A stretch of 64,000 nt of DNA from Octopus vulgaris (GCA_951406725.2 OX597836.1:24738001-24802000), one strand, 5' to 3'; positions 29,608 through 42,539 are shown, counted from the first letter of the stretch. Numbers and translations are program-made. Notes: generated by a model from the sequence alone, not told the origin.

Positions 29608-31059
29608 AAAGTGATATGGAATCGGAAATGGAGAGTGTCCAAATCATAAGAATAATGTTAAAATGGTTGATTATAATTAACATAATTGTATTAAATACAG
29701 ATTGGGAAAATAGCTAATTGTTAACCAATGATCAAGGAGAAAATCTAAGAAGAAAACTACAGGAAATTTTACAGGTAACATTAAAAAGTGAAGGTATAAT
29801 ATTTAATAACGACACTGTAAAATGGTTAAATAATTATATAGAGAAGTGAAAAAATATATGTTAAATCCAAAATATCAAAATGTAGTCAAAGTAAAGGAAG
29901 TAAATATAATCTTCTATGATATTTTGGCAGTGTATTTAAATTGTGGGAGAAATGGGTGGAGAAAACAAATATAGAGTGATGATCATTTATAGGAGAAAAT
30001 AGAATTATAAAACGAAGTTTAGAAATGAAGAAATAATGAAGTGAAAAATGATGTATGATGATACATAATTGTAAATACAGACGTGAGGACGACTAAATAT
30101 TTTAATATCGAATAAATAAATAATATCAGCTAGTAACCTCCAAGTGTTTACTTCTTAATTTAGCTTATGACCACTGTTGATCCTACAAAGAACTACGTTT
30201 AGCGACGCAACCCTTTTCTGGCCAAATTTTTACAAACCGAAATACTAAAAATGCTGAAAAGGCAAATTCATTCAAGCGCTTAAAAAATCATTGCATAGTC
30301 AGAGGAGAAATGGCAGCACCTATCACCTTTATTGTAGATCCTCCACCAATGGCGGACAAAAAGGAGGAAGAAACCAAAGGCTCACAGGAAATATACTAAA
30401 AAGAACAGAGACCTACTCCTAGTTCTTGTAGTATAATGGACATCAAAGGGCTAGATGTTAAATGGTTAGACGAAATGAAATTCAGAAATCCTGCAACTTA
30501 TAGTTTTATATTTAATAAACCAAAATGTTCTTAATTGTAAACCAGCCGACTGATTAATAATTCAACGAATAATTAGGATTAATGATCTAATTAGCATATA
30601 TAATTAGTTATAAATGAAGTAGGAATCTACTAATTCGTTCATATTGAATCAATTTAGTTCAGCAATATTTTACTACAAATTGATTTTTGATAGGAACCAA
30701 AGAACACAACCGTATTGACAGTGACACCGAAATGTTATGGTAGAATATATTTGGGAATAATATCGATCCTGAATATTTGTGTGCATGTGCGTTTACATAC
30801 GCGTTTACACACAGACGCACATATCCACATGCATACGTACATACATAAGAATAATAGGAAATGGATACAAACGCTCAAGATGTTATTCAAATCCTTTATA
30901 TCACCATTTATATCACGTGTGTGTGTGTGTGTGTCTGCTTACATGCATAGACGTATGAACGAGTGTGCGTATGTATTGTCTCAATAACAAAGACAGTGAT
31001 ATATCGAACTAAGTGATGATGAACCAAGTAAAATATAATTTATATCACACACACACACA

Positions 31060-31129
<70 letters not shown>

Positions 31130-31198
31130 GGAGTAAACACATAAATGTGAAACAAGGTGGAAAAAAGAGTACTCAAATACCAGTGGTAGAGTAATATG

Positions 31199-31342
31199 CT
31201 TTATTTAAAGCAGCAGAAAATTCAACAAAACCTGTTACTCTGAGTTTCCCGTTGCCGTTCATCTAGCAAAAACTGTCCGATGAATGGCAACGGGAAACTC
31301 AGAGTAACAGGTTTTGTTGAATTTTCTGGTGCTTTAAATAAA

Positions 31343-31343
<1 letters not shown>
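31199..31343. repeat. near-perfect foldback (65-bp arms, 15-nt loop) inside (TA)n; PLE-type module
   Basis: 31199-31263 pairs with 31279-31343 with 2 mismatches; hammerhead-like CCGATGA...GAAAC. Confidence 0.92.
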
Positions 31344-31414
<71 letters not shown>

Positions 31415-31423
31415 GCATACATG

Positions 31424-31459
<36 letters not shown>

Positions 31460-31477
31460 TGTATGTATGTATGCATG

Positions 31478-32162
31478 AGTAAACATCTACAAAATTGGTC
31501 CCTAGAGCAGTGGAAGAATGTTATTTTCTCGGACGAATCATCTTTTACCTTATTTCCAACCACCGGCCAAGTATACGTATGGCGACAGCCAAACGAAGCA
31601 TTTGGCCCAGACTGCCGTCTTCCAACTGTTAAACATGGGGGAGAATCTGTGATGATCTGGAGGGCTATATCTTGGAAATCCACTGGTCCAATGGTTTCCC
31701 TTCATGGCAGAATTAATAGTCAAGAATATTTAAGCATTTTATCTGATCAAATTCATCTTATGGTTGCAGAACTGTTTCCGGAGGGAAATGCAATCTTCCA
31801 GAATGATAATGCACCAATTCACTCACCTAAATTTGTTACTGAATGGCACGAGGAACATTCTAGTGAAGTTGAACATGTTATCTGGCCACCACAGTCCCTA
31901 GATCTCAATATTATTGAACATTTATGGTGCATTTTAGAAAAACAAGTAAGGAGTGGATATTCTCCACCATCACCACTACAAGAACTGGAGACTGTGTTAG
32001 CTGAAGAATAGACAAACATTCCTTTGGAAACAATTCAAACTTTGTACGAGTCCATACCTCGTAGAACTCTTGCTGTAATTACCGTCAAAGGCGGTCCTAC
32101 CCCATATTAAAATAAATTTGTTTGAAATTTTAAGGCGTCTCCATTATTTTGTCCAACCCCTG
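31478..32162 (+). mobile_element. Tc1-type DNA transposon, 5'-truncated; transposase catalytic domain (DD36E spacing) and right TIR
   Basis: [10 protein letters not shown]...TVKHGG.SVMIW...FQNDNAPIH...WPPQSLDLNIIEHLW; continues past a TAG to KGGPTPY*; end reads CAGGGGTTGGACAAAATAATGGA on the minus strand. Confidence 0.93.
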
Positions 32163-32384
32163 TGTTTGTATAATACACCTGTCTGAATTATTTAAAGGAA
32201 GATCAGTATATACATGTGAGTGCATGTGTGTGTATGCATGTGTGTGCGTATTACACTGTGTTAATTGTGGCCGGGTCTTCAGCACGTACACCACTCCCTA
32301 TCTTATCTATTACCAGATGTTCAGTGTGTAATTGTGTGTATGTAGTAGATATGTAACAGTGTTTGTGTATATGTGTGTGTAGAG

Positions 32385-32440
32385 AGACAGACATACAGAC
32401 AGACAGGCAGACAGACAGACAGACAGACAGAAAGACAGAC

Positions 32441-32497
<57 letters not shown>

Positions 32498-32507
32498 TGG
32501 ATAGATG

Positions 32508-32588
<81 letters not shown>

Positions 32589-32842
32589 GTTTCTTTAGGT
32601 ACACAGGTGCAGGTAGCAAGGTAGGTAGGGGAGGTAAAAAAGGTAGGTAGGTTTTCGAGGTAGGTGGGAAAAAAAGGAAAAAAGAGATAAAGAAAAAAGA
32701 TAGATAGACAGAAAGAGAAAAAGAGGAAAAGGAGACAAAGGAAAAAAAGAAAAAAAGGAAAAGAAAAAAAGAAAAAAGGAAAAGAAAAAAAGAAAGACAG
32801 ACAGACTGACAGTCATTCAGACAGACAGACAGACAGACAGAC

Positions 32843-32891
<49 letters not shown>

Positions 32892-32906
32892 CGAAAAAGA
32901 CCACGG

Positions 32907-32991
<85 letters not shown>

Positions 32992-32992
32992 G
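32385..32992. repeat. (GACA)n/(GATA)n and purine-rich tract
   Basis: direct reading. Confidence 0.95.
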
Positions 32993-33399
32993 GGGAGAGA
33001 GTGAGCTAGTGGCTGAGTGATTGGACGATCAACAAATAAGTGAGAATACATTTCCAAAAAGATGTCAGTCGATTTTAAGAAAAACTCAAATGCACCCTCA
33101 ACTTTAACAAGGAATACCTGTTCACGGATAACATCTATATTTATTCTTTAAATAAAAGAATGAATAGTCTGACGCAGCCTCCCGGTGCCTTACAAAGGCC
33201 TTACATAAACTCTTCAGAAACAAACCAAACATTAAGATCATTGGGGGTTGCAAATGATTGGAGGTGAGAGATTATATGAATCTTCAGTATTTTATTCGGA
33301 GTGACCTAGACTAGCTGTCACCACTATAGCTAAAGAGTACAAGTCTACTCGTCACTCGGTCAATCACAGTGGACTTGCATTAAGTTCGTTTGCCATCTC

Positions 33400-33600
33400 A
33401 CATATTTCTAAGTGCCTGCGCACTATCGTTACATAGCTTTCGGTTGCAAACTGGATTCTTTTGCGGATAAAATGCAAGTGGCATATAACATGTTAAGCCT
33501 CACAATAAATCTTGATAAAACTGATCATCTTCATCAGCCCCGCCATGGGAAGCCTCCACGTATGGATCTTAAAGCAACAATATTTCGTAAAACTTTGTAA
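33400..33600 (+). pseudogene. RTE-like RT fragment
   Basis: DSFA...LSLTINLDKTDHLHQP resembles the RTE motif FGLTINxxKTEVLxQP. Confidence 0.5.
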
Positions 33601-33633
33601 AATGTATTTTCCCTCAAATATTTATTTCGTTAC

Positions 33634-33845
33634 TATCAACAAGGGGATAAACATAGAGGAGACAAACAAGGACAGACAAAGGGATTAAGTCGATTACATC
33701 GACCCAGTGCGAAACTGGTACTTTATTTATCGACCCCGAAAGGATGAAAGGCAAAGTCGACCTCGGCGGAATTTGAACTCAGAATGTAACGACAGACGAA
33801 ATACCGCTAAGCATTTCGCCCGGCGCGCTAACGTTTCTGCCAGCT
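33634..33845 (-). mobile_element. SINE family A
   Basis: near-identical to 9283-9513. Confidence 0.92.
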
Positions 33846-34930
33846 AGTTGTCGTATTACTTCTGCTAAGGTTGCGGCCATTGTGGCACGGTTGGGTTCAT
33901 GTAAAGTAACCGGAGCTGATGGTATTCAAGCCATTGTTCTTCAGAAGTGCTCTCCTGAGTTATCTTCTGTCTTATCTAGGCTCTTCCGAAAGTGTATCCC
34001 AGAATCTTGTTTTCTTTCTTTATGGAAATTCCCAACTGTTGCTCCTGTCTTTAAGAACTGTGGTGATCGATCTAATCCTCTTGATTATAGACCAATTAGT
34101 CAACTACCAATCATCAGTAAGGTTTTTGAGTGCTTGGTTAATGACTCTCTTGTAAAATATCTTCACTCAAATCGTTTATTCTCCGACTCTCAATATGGCT
34201 TTCGTGCCGGACGCTCTACTGCTGATCTTCTCACTGTTGTATCCGAGCATGTTTATCGTGCCTTGAATGTATCTGGTCATACTAGGGAAGTTGCTCTTGA
34301 TGTCTCTAAGGCATCTGATAGGTTTTGGCTTGCTGGACTTCTATGGAAGTTCCAATCCTTTGGTATGTCAGGTTTCATGCTGAACATCATCTCTTCTTTT
34401 CTTTATGACTGTAGGATCAAGGTTATTCTTGATGGTCAATATTCATCTAGTTATTCTATTAATGCTGGTGTTCCTCAACGATCTGCCCTGGACCCAACTC
34501 TCTTTCTTCTTTTTATCAATGATCCGCCTGATCATATCACCTGTCTGCTAGTCATCTATGCTGATGACTCTACTTTGTACTCTTCTTTGGACAAATCTAA
34601 CGACTTCTCTGATAAGGTTGAGATCGCTGCTAACCTTGAGAATGATCTTCGATCTGTCGTCGAATGGGGTAGGAAAAGGCTTGTAACGTTCAATCCATCG
34701 AAAACTTAACTTCTTTCAATTAATCGCTTCAGACATCCCTTTTTGCCATTGGTTTCGATGGATGGTATTGACTTAGCCGAGAGTCCTTCTCTTTCTCTCT
34801 TAGGAGTGATTTTCTGTAATGATTTTTCTTGGAAGACTTTCTGTAATGATTTTTCTTGGAGCCAAATCGGCTGCGAGAAAGTAGGCTTACTCCTTCGGTC
34901 GAGGAGTTATCTCACAACCTGAGACTTACC
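33846..34930 (+). pseudogene. CR1/Jockey-group non-LTR reverse transcriptase remnant
   Basis: DYRPISQLPIISKVFE, QYGFRAGRST, ALDVSKASD, GVPQRSALDPTLFLLFIND, IYADDSTL, WG...VTFNPSKT; truncated at both ends. Confidence 0.93.
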
Positions 34931-34936
34931 TACGTA

Positions 34937-34967
<31 letters not shown>

Positions 34968-35549
34968 GGTCGAGTCAGTTTCTTGCTACTCTGAGTTTCA
35001 ATTGCAGGTACAGAGGATCTTCAGGCGTGTTGTGACTGGAAATCGATTGGTTTTACACATTTATCTCTAAGTTTTCTAATCATAGGGGGTGGTGATGGGG
35101 AGACGGTATGACAAAAGGGGGAAAACAGGAGGAAAAAGAGAGGATAAGAAAGAAAGAGGGAAATGAAAAGAGAAAGTAAAGAGTGAGTAATAGAAAAAAT
35201 ATGAAAAAAAAATTAAATGAAAAACAGAGGAAGGAAATCGAAAATGAAAGACGGAGTGAAAGAAAGAAAAGGAAAGGCGGAAAGGGATACATATATATGT
35301 ATATATATATATATTTCATTTTTGGATTTGGTTTACAAGATTCTTTATATGAGTTTGTATGTTGAAGCATATTCTGTTGTGTCTGGGGAGAGTCATTCTC
35401 TTTTAGTGCCTTATTAAATTTTACCGGTGAGTGTGTTAAGTAAGAAGGCACTAAAAGAGAATGTCTCTACCCAGGCACAACAGTAAATATATATATATAT
35501 GTATGTATGTATGTATGTATTTATGTATGTATGTATGTATGTATGTATG

Positions 35550-35604
<55 letters not shown>

Positions 35605-35674
35605 TAACCATTATGGTATTTTTGGTATTCTGACCACAAATAAATCATTAAATAATGACTTTATTCTAATTACG

Positions 35675-35731
<57 letters not shown>

Positions 35732-35734
<3 letters not shown>

Positions 35735-35882
35735 GAAATTTACAGAGAAACAAAAGACGAAGATGTGTATAAACAACAAACAGGTGTATTAGTTTGACGC
35801 TCGGGAAAGGGAGAAAGTCTTTTACCTTTCGAGCCTACGCTCTTCGACAGAAAGGAACAGGAGGAAACAATCAGAGAGAGAA

Positions 35883-35885
<3 letters not shown>
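35732..35885 (-). mobile_element. PLE-type module with a degenerate hammerhead (35819-35854), inside (TA)n
   Basis: cttt CTGTCGA A GAGC gtag GCTC GAAA G GTA aaag; colinear with 42540-42680 and 62895-63060. Confidence 0.8.
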
Positions 35886-35917
<32 letters not shown>

Positions 35918-36307
35918 TATGCAAAATTCATTTGAATCAAGGTCCTTTAGTATTAAGGACGCTAAGCGAGAATTGAGATCTGCGCATGCGCGTATATGCC
36001 CTATACAAAAACACCAGTATTTACCCATGAATATAGACATATTCATAAACTTGCTCATACATGTTCATGCATACACATATACACCCATGCATATAAATAT
36101 ACATGTAGATGCAATGATATACTCATGCGCACCGACATGCAGTTTCAGAATTCAATGCAAGCTCCAGATCCAAGATAGGGAAGGTTCCAGGAATTTCAGA
36201 GCTTAATGCAGAGACGTTCATATATGAAATCACATATGTATAAAATAAGAACAAATACATATATATATATATATATATATAAAATAAGAAAGGTTCATTA
36301 CAGCTAA

Positions 36308-36497
36308 TTTCTTCAAGTGAATTAAAAATTTTAAATTTGGTTCGCAGAGAAAAATATCAAGACGCGGAATGCGGATTTCCCGCTCGTTTCGGCAATAATG
36401 AAGAGATATTGAAATGAGGTGAGATCAATCTACATTCAACAATTTGGGGTTTTTCACTCCGAACCAAATTGTTAATTTTTAATTCACATAAAGAAAA
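36308..36497. repeat. imperfect inverted repeat (~48-bp arms)
   Basis: gtgaattaaaaattttaaatttggttcgcagagaaaaa pairs with tttttcactccgaaccaaattgttaatttttaattcac. Confidence 0.8.
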
Positions 36498-36569
36498 TGT
36501 TTTTTTTGTGTTTGTTTTTGTTTTTTTTTTTCTCAAGATTCAATCCAATTATTCATCAATAAGAAAAAA

Positions 36570-36812
36570 CGCGTCTGAAACAGCTGTAGAGAACCTTTAA
36601 CCCATTTGTGTTCTTATCTTATATAGGTGTGTGTGCGTGTGTTTCCTTCTTTGCATTTCTTTGCATTAAGATCTAAAATGTATAATCTTCTCTACCCTGA
36701 TGACGGACACTCATCTTATCCAATGTTGATTGTATCAATTACGGCCACATATTGTGATAAACCACATCTACCAACATTATTATGGATCTCCGAGCCCCCA
36801 GAAACAGCTCTT
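36570..36812 (+). ncRNA. hammerhead-like halves with a long stem II (PLE-type)
   Basis: GAAACAGCTGTA 36577; CTGATGA 36697; GAAACAGCT 36801. Confidence 0.45.
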
Positions 36813-37069
36813 TAACTTATAACACCTGTCTTGCACGCCTTAAATTTTGTCTGTCGTCTGTACTCTGTGTAAGTTGAAACCTATTAATATAAACATCTAG
36901 ATATTTATACTTAAAAATTCATCGTCTGAAAGTCTCCACCTTTTGCTTTCTCTCGTTTTGCGTGAATACGTATTTTATATTTCATATCCAAACTATTATA
37001 TATTTTTAATATATTTAATGTTTTAATATATATGATGCATCTAATTTATTTATCTGCATAATTTCTTAT

Positions 37070-37385
<316 letters not shown>

Positions 37386-39214
37386 AGTTGTTTATTTTTA
37401 TGTCAAGTTATAGATAAACTGAAGTACTATTCACTACTTTTTAGTAGAGTCCATGTTTATTAAACTTTTGCAAGGAAAAGGTTGACAGTGACTTCGAAGT
37501 TTCGGCTTGCTCGCCTTCGTTACATACATATATAGATATACATACCAGTGTGTGTGTGCGTGTGTGGAGGTGTGTCTGTATTTGTATGTATATGTGTGTA
37601 TATATGCATATATATCTATCACCTTTTTTTCATTATTATTGGGAAAGACAACAACAACAAAAAAAGATTCATAAATGGATTCTTCAATTATTTTGTTTTT
37701 CTTTAGTTTTTAGAGAAGATTATAGATTGTTTCATTCGACTGAAACGTATTAGCAGTGGCTTATCTGCCTTTATATAAGTACGATTAAGATAATTCTATG
37801 TGGCCTCCACTGGAGATATCAGCTTATAATACATATATATTAGATAGAAATGCAACCAAACCTTAGCTGTGAGAGTGAAAAAGAGAGAGAGAGATGAGAA
37901 GTGGTGGGGATAGTGAGGTATAAAGCGATAGAAACTTGGAAGGAGAGAGTCAGTAAGAATATAGAATATATAATTTCAATTTTCGATTTATTCAACGGAA
38001 TTCAAAATAAGATTCTGAGAATTACAAATAGATCTGACATTGGTACCAGGCTAGGAATTTGTAGTGGGAGAGCGTCATCATTTTAGCCGAATCCATTACT
38101 TTATTGGTTCAAATTTAATCGAATTCAAAGTGATAAAACAAATATAATCTATCCCTGTCACCCTTGATGGAATTTGAACTCAGAACATTAGTGTTCGTAA
38201 CTAAGTGAGCGATCAGTCTGTTGCTCTACCATTTATGCTACTCTCTTTTGACATAGAAGGATTTCTGACTTCACTAAAAGTCGTAGAATAGAAAAGACGG
38301 GAGTACCATCAAATTACTTTTACTTGGTATTAATTTTATCGGCGGTGAATTGTCGAAGCGTCGAACAAAACGCCTTTCGGTATCTCGACTCTTTACGTTC
38401 TGAGTTCTTCCAGCAGGTGTCAACTTTGCTTTTCTTCTTTCCGGATTCACTAAAAGAAAATACTAATTCAGCACTGGACATCCTTACTCCTTCAAAATGA
38501 CTGGCTTTATAGCTAAATCAGAAACTATTAATTTTATTGACTCTGATGGTATGTCAGAGGTAAGCATGGCTTCGACCGAAGACCAAAAGAAAGAAGCATT
38601 AATAAGGACTCCATTGTACATTAATAAGGACTCCACTCATCCTCACACAGTTATAAAATAACATAAGGAGACGAATGTGCGATACCTCATCAGATCAGAG
38701 CAAAATTAATAGTGTTTTCACATTGCAATTAAGCCTTAGAAATAGTTAGTTTCTATTACTACTGGCGTATTTTGCTACTGAACTAGCTGCTTCTTTTTTA
38801 ATCTTGAGAATAAGAGTTTCGCAAAACAATAAAGAAAACAACTTAATTACAAAATCAAAATTAAAAGTCATTAATGAAATTTTAAAATTAAGCCAAACTC
38901 GAAAATATTAGCCTGTAGTGTGTACACATACACTTTTATAAACAAACGTAGTTACATAATCAGATTCATATACATAAGGATTTATATTCATACAAAACAT
39001 ACAAATGCGAACATACGTTGGTGTGTAGAAACATATATGGTATCTGTTGGTTTGTTCTCGTGTATAACCACATTGTATGCCTCCTCATCGTGGGTCGTCA
39101 TGGTGATGAACGCATATGGCAGTATGGCAAGACTAAGTCTCCACACGCTAAACAACGAGGTTACGTCAATGAAAGACAGCCGCATACATACTTACATACA
39201 TACATATATATATA

Positions 39215-39610
39215 CTCTATCTATCCAGATTACAAGTTCAGGTTTATACCAGTAATTATCGGGGCGCTGGGATATGTAACACACTGCCTAAATACCAATC
39301 TTGAGTAATTAGGCTTCTCAAAATCAGAAAGGAGAAAGCTAATTCGAAGACTACAGATCCAATCCCTCACTGGAACTGTAAAAATCTGTAAAACTTTCCA
39401 GACGTTTATCATTTAACATGTCTAGATATGCAACTATATACATGAGGATACATACATAAAACATACAAATCTGCACATATACATACATACATACATACAT
39501 ACAAAAATACCCTGTTGTTGATGTTTAATTTCCAATGAAGGAGCCTTGGATCTAAGTTAGAAACCGGTTCTTTCTCTATTGGTAAGAAATCTTGAAATAA
39601 ACTGAATAAT
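39215..39610 (+). mobile_element. RLE-type LINE 3' end and UTR
   Basis: YPDYKFRFIPVIIGALGYV...LGFSKSERRKLIRRLQIQSLTGTVKICKTF; UTR contains (TACA)n. Confidence 0.8.
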
Positions 39611-39991
39611 GGCATACATACACAAATGCACATACAAGACTGCCACATCTCACGTTTTAATTCCATGACTTTTCATATCTTTGTGATTTGAGCGAAAGCG
39701 TAAGATGCTCAATACGTAAACAAATGTAGTTAGGCATAATGCAACCGCGTATTTTATATAAATTATAAGCTATTTACATACAAGTGACGAACATATTTGT
39801 CGTAGAAATTATATATGGTGACTGTTGGTATTGTTCTCGTGTAAACCACATTTCATCAAACGTCGTGGGTCGTCTGTCATTTATAACTTCATGTATATAT
39901 AAATAAATACCCCTCCAAATTTTTTACGTATATGTGTGTGTACGTCAATGAAAGACAGCCGCATACATATATATATACATATATATATACA

Positions 39992-40021
<30 letters not shown>

Positions 40022-40025
<4 letters not shown>

Positions 40026-40345
40026 CTCTATCCAGATTAGGGCAAGTTCAGGTTCCTAATACCAGTAATTATCGGGGCGCTGGGATATTGGACATATTGT
40101 CCATTAAATACCAATCTTGAGTAATTAGGCTTCTCAAAATCAGAAAGGAGAAAGCTAATTCGAAGACTAAGATCCAATCCATCACTGGAATCTGTAAAAA
40201 CCTGTAAAACTTTCGAGAAGTTTATCAAATATTAGATATGCAATTTTATCCTACATGAGATATAAATACATAAAACATACAAATCTGCACATATACATTC
40301 ATACATATACATACATACATACATACAAAAATACGTGTTGTTGAA
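40022..40345 (+). mobile_element. second, indel-rich copy of the same RLE-LINE 3' end
   Basis: aligns to 39212-39520. Confidence 0.8.
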
Positions 40346-40460
40346 TGGGCTGGAGTATTTCTATTTTGGATGTATTTGGGGTACTTAGTTGTGCTCATGA
40401 TTTAGTGTTTGCTTCTTCCATGGGTGCGAGTAAGTATCTCATTTATTTCTTCTGCCACAT

Positions 40461-40515
40461 GTATGACTGACGAAGAGAGGGCTCTTAGTAGCTAACTCTG
40501 AAATCGGTCCGATAT
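40461..40515 (+). ncRNA. hammerhead ribozyme motif with degenerate stem I
   Basis: CTGACGA AGAG...CTCT GAAA TCG GTC. Confidence 0.6.
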
Positions 40516-40750
40516 GGTAATAATGGAATTTTTTAGAGATTTCTGTCGCCCTTTTTTCGAGTAACGTGCATTTTGTGAAAACATTATATGGTTAATGGAC
40601 AATATGTCCAATTTTTCGGCATATTTGACATTAGGAATTTTTTCCTTTGCCCACATTTATGAATTGTTTATAAATTTAACCTTTAAAGGTATTTTTTGAT
40701 ATGCTGGCCATTGATAAAATTTTTTTCGAAAGAAATTTTATCCTCATTAG

Positions 40751-40788
<38 letters not shown>

Positions 40789-41752
40789 CACAAAATAATA
40801 AATGAAACATATGCTTATATACATACATATATGTACGTACCTACATCTATATGTATATATACATGCATATATGGGTACAGGACACCAAAAATACGTCGAA
40901 CACAATGAGAAACGAAAACATAAACACAAAACCAAGGAAATGGACATTTTTCTTAAACAACGAAAAAAAGAGAGTACAAGACATACAACACAAAGGAACA
41001 TTCCCCTTCTTCAGCCGCCTCTGTTTCATCTACTCCGCGTTCGAAGGTAAAGGCGAGACACGACTTCGTTGAAACTGTCCTTCCCGCAAAAGCAAATTAA
41101 ATAAAATTTGAGATTTTTTGCGGAGGGGTAAAAATGGTAACAAAACCAGAACAGTAAAAACAATACAAAATATAAACAGTAAAAGGCAGGACAAGGAGAA
41201 GAACAGTAACACGAACATTGAGGGCTGTTAAGCCAGAACGAATGAAAACATATTTGAACGCTTTTGAAGACAGCGAGAGAGACAAGGAAAGCCGTCCACA
41301 CTTGAAAGAAACCAGGTCAGAAAAACAGTAGTAGCCTTCTCGTCGCGTGTCCGCGACGAGAGGGAGGAGGAGGAGTAAGAGAAAGGGAGAGAAAAAAGGG
41401 AAGGGTTGTAGAGAAAACCAGAAAGAATGGATAATGAGAGAGAAAGAGAGGGACAGTAAGGTAGAAGAAAAGGAAACCAGAAAGAATGAAGAATGAGAGA
41501 GGGAGTGGGACAGAAAGGTTAAGAGTGCGCATCATTATTAATATTAAGATAAAACTTACTTTAGAAGTGGATGCGTGCGTTCTATCATATAATAACAAAA
41601 TAATAAATAAAACATATGCATATATACACACATATATGTACGAACCTACATCTATATGTATATATACATGCCTATATGGGTACAGGACACCAAAGAAAAC
41701 GTCCAACACAATGAGAAACGGAAACATAACACAAAACCAAGGAAATGGACAC
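40789..41752. mobile_element. element with ~160-bp direct terminal repeats (pseudo-LTR-like)
   Basis: 40789-40948 and 41596-41752 are closely similar direct repeats; internal region is non-coding. Confidence 0.75.
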
Positions 41753-42164
41753 ATTGAATATCTGTTCATCCGTGAATAATCTGGATATCCTGTTCCGCTT
41801 GGTTAGATCCGCGACTCACGTATTTTAAGTTTTCGTTTGGCTTATGGAACGGTTCGAACCTTCTATTGTTGAGGATAAGCTTTACGTCTCGGAATTTTAC
41901 CTCTCTATGATGTTTTCTATTTCTCTTTCTAATCCGAAGTTTTTCTTACATTTTCTATTTCTATGTTACTAGTTTTTTTGTGAATAATGCGTCGTCTCTA
42001 AATAATCCCCCACTCCGGGGTTCGGGAGCCAAGATTCTATTAGCGATGATAAGTATATTTCTATATATATATATATACATATGTGTGTGTGTATGCGTGT
42101 GTATGTATGTATTATGTGCACAGATGTATGGTACATATAATGTATATATAATATCATATAGTAA

Positions 42165-42379
42165 TGGTTTCAAATTTTGACACAAGGCCAGTAGTTTCAA
42201 AAGAGGGGGATGAGTAGATTACATCAACCCCAGTATTCAACTGGTACTTATGTTATCGACGCCAAAATGATGAAAGGCAAAGTCGACCTCTGTGGGATTT
42301 CAACTCAGAACGGAAAGACAGACGAAATACCACTAAGCATTTTACCCGACGCGCTAACGATTCTGTCAGCTCGCGCCTT
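42165..42379 (-). mobile_element. SINE family A
   Basis: gatgaaaggcaaagtcgacctc...ctgtcagctcgcgcct. Confidence 0.85.
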
Positions 42380-42384
42380 ACTGT

Positions 42385-42537
42385 TATATTATATTATATT
42401 ATATTATATTATATTATATTATATTATATTATATTATATTATATTATATTATATTATATTATATTATATTATATTGTATTATATTATATTATATTATATT
42501 ATATTGTATTATATTATATTATATTATATTATATTAT
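42385..42537. repeat. (TATAT)n pentanucleotide microsatellite
   Basis: direct reading. Confidence 0.97.
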
Positions 42538-42539
42538 GA

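Noticed and set aside
31280-31477. N-terminus of the 243-aa ORF as part of the transposase
   Set aside because: It is made of the foldback arm plus (TA)n/(TATG)n, a chance in-frame fusion to the truncated transposase.
39530-39575. Hammerhead-like look of the LINE 3' UTR (CAATGAAGG...GAAACCGGTT)
   Set aside because: It lacks the CUGA core and a convincing stem I.
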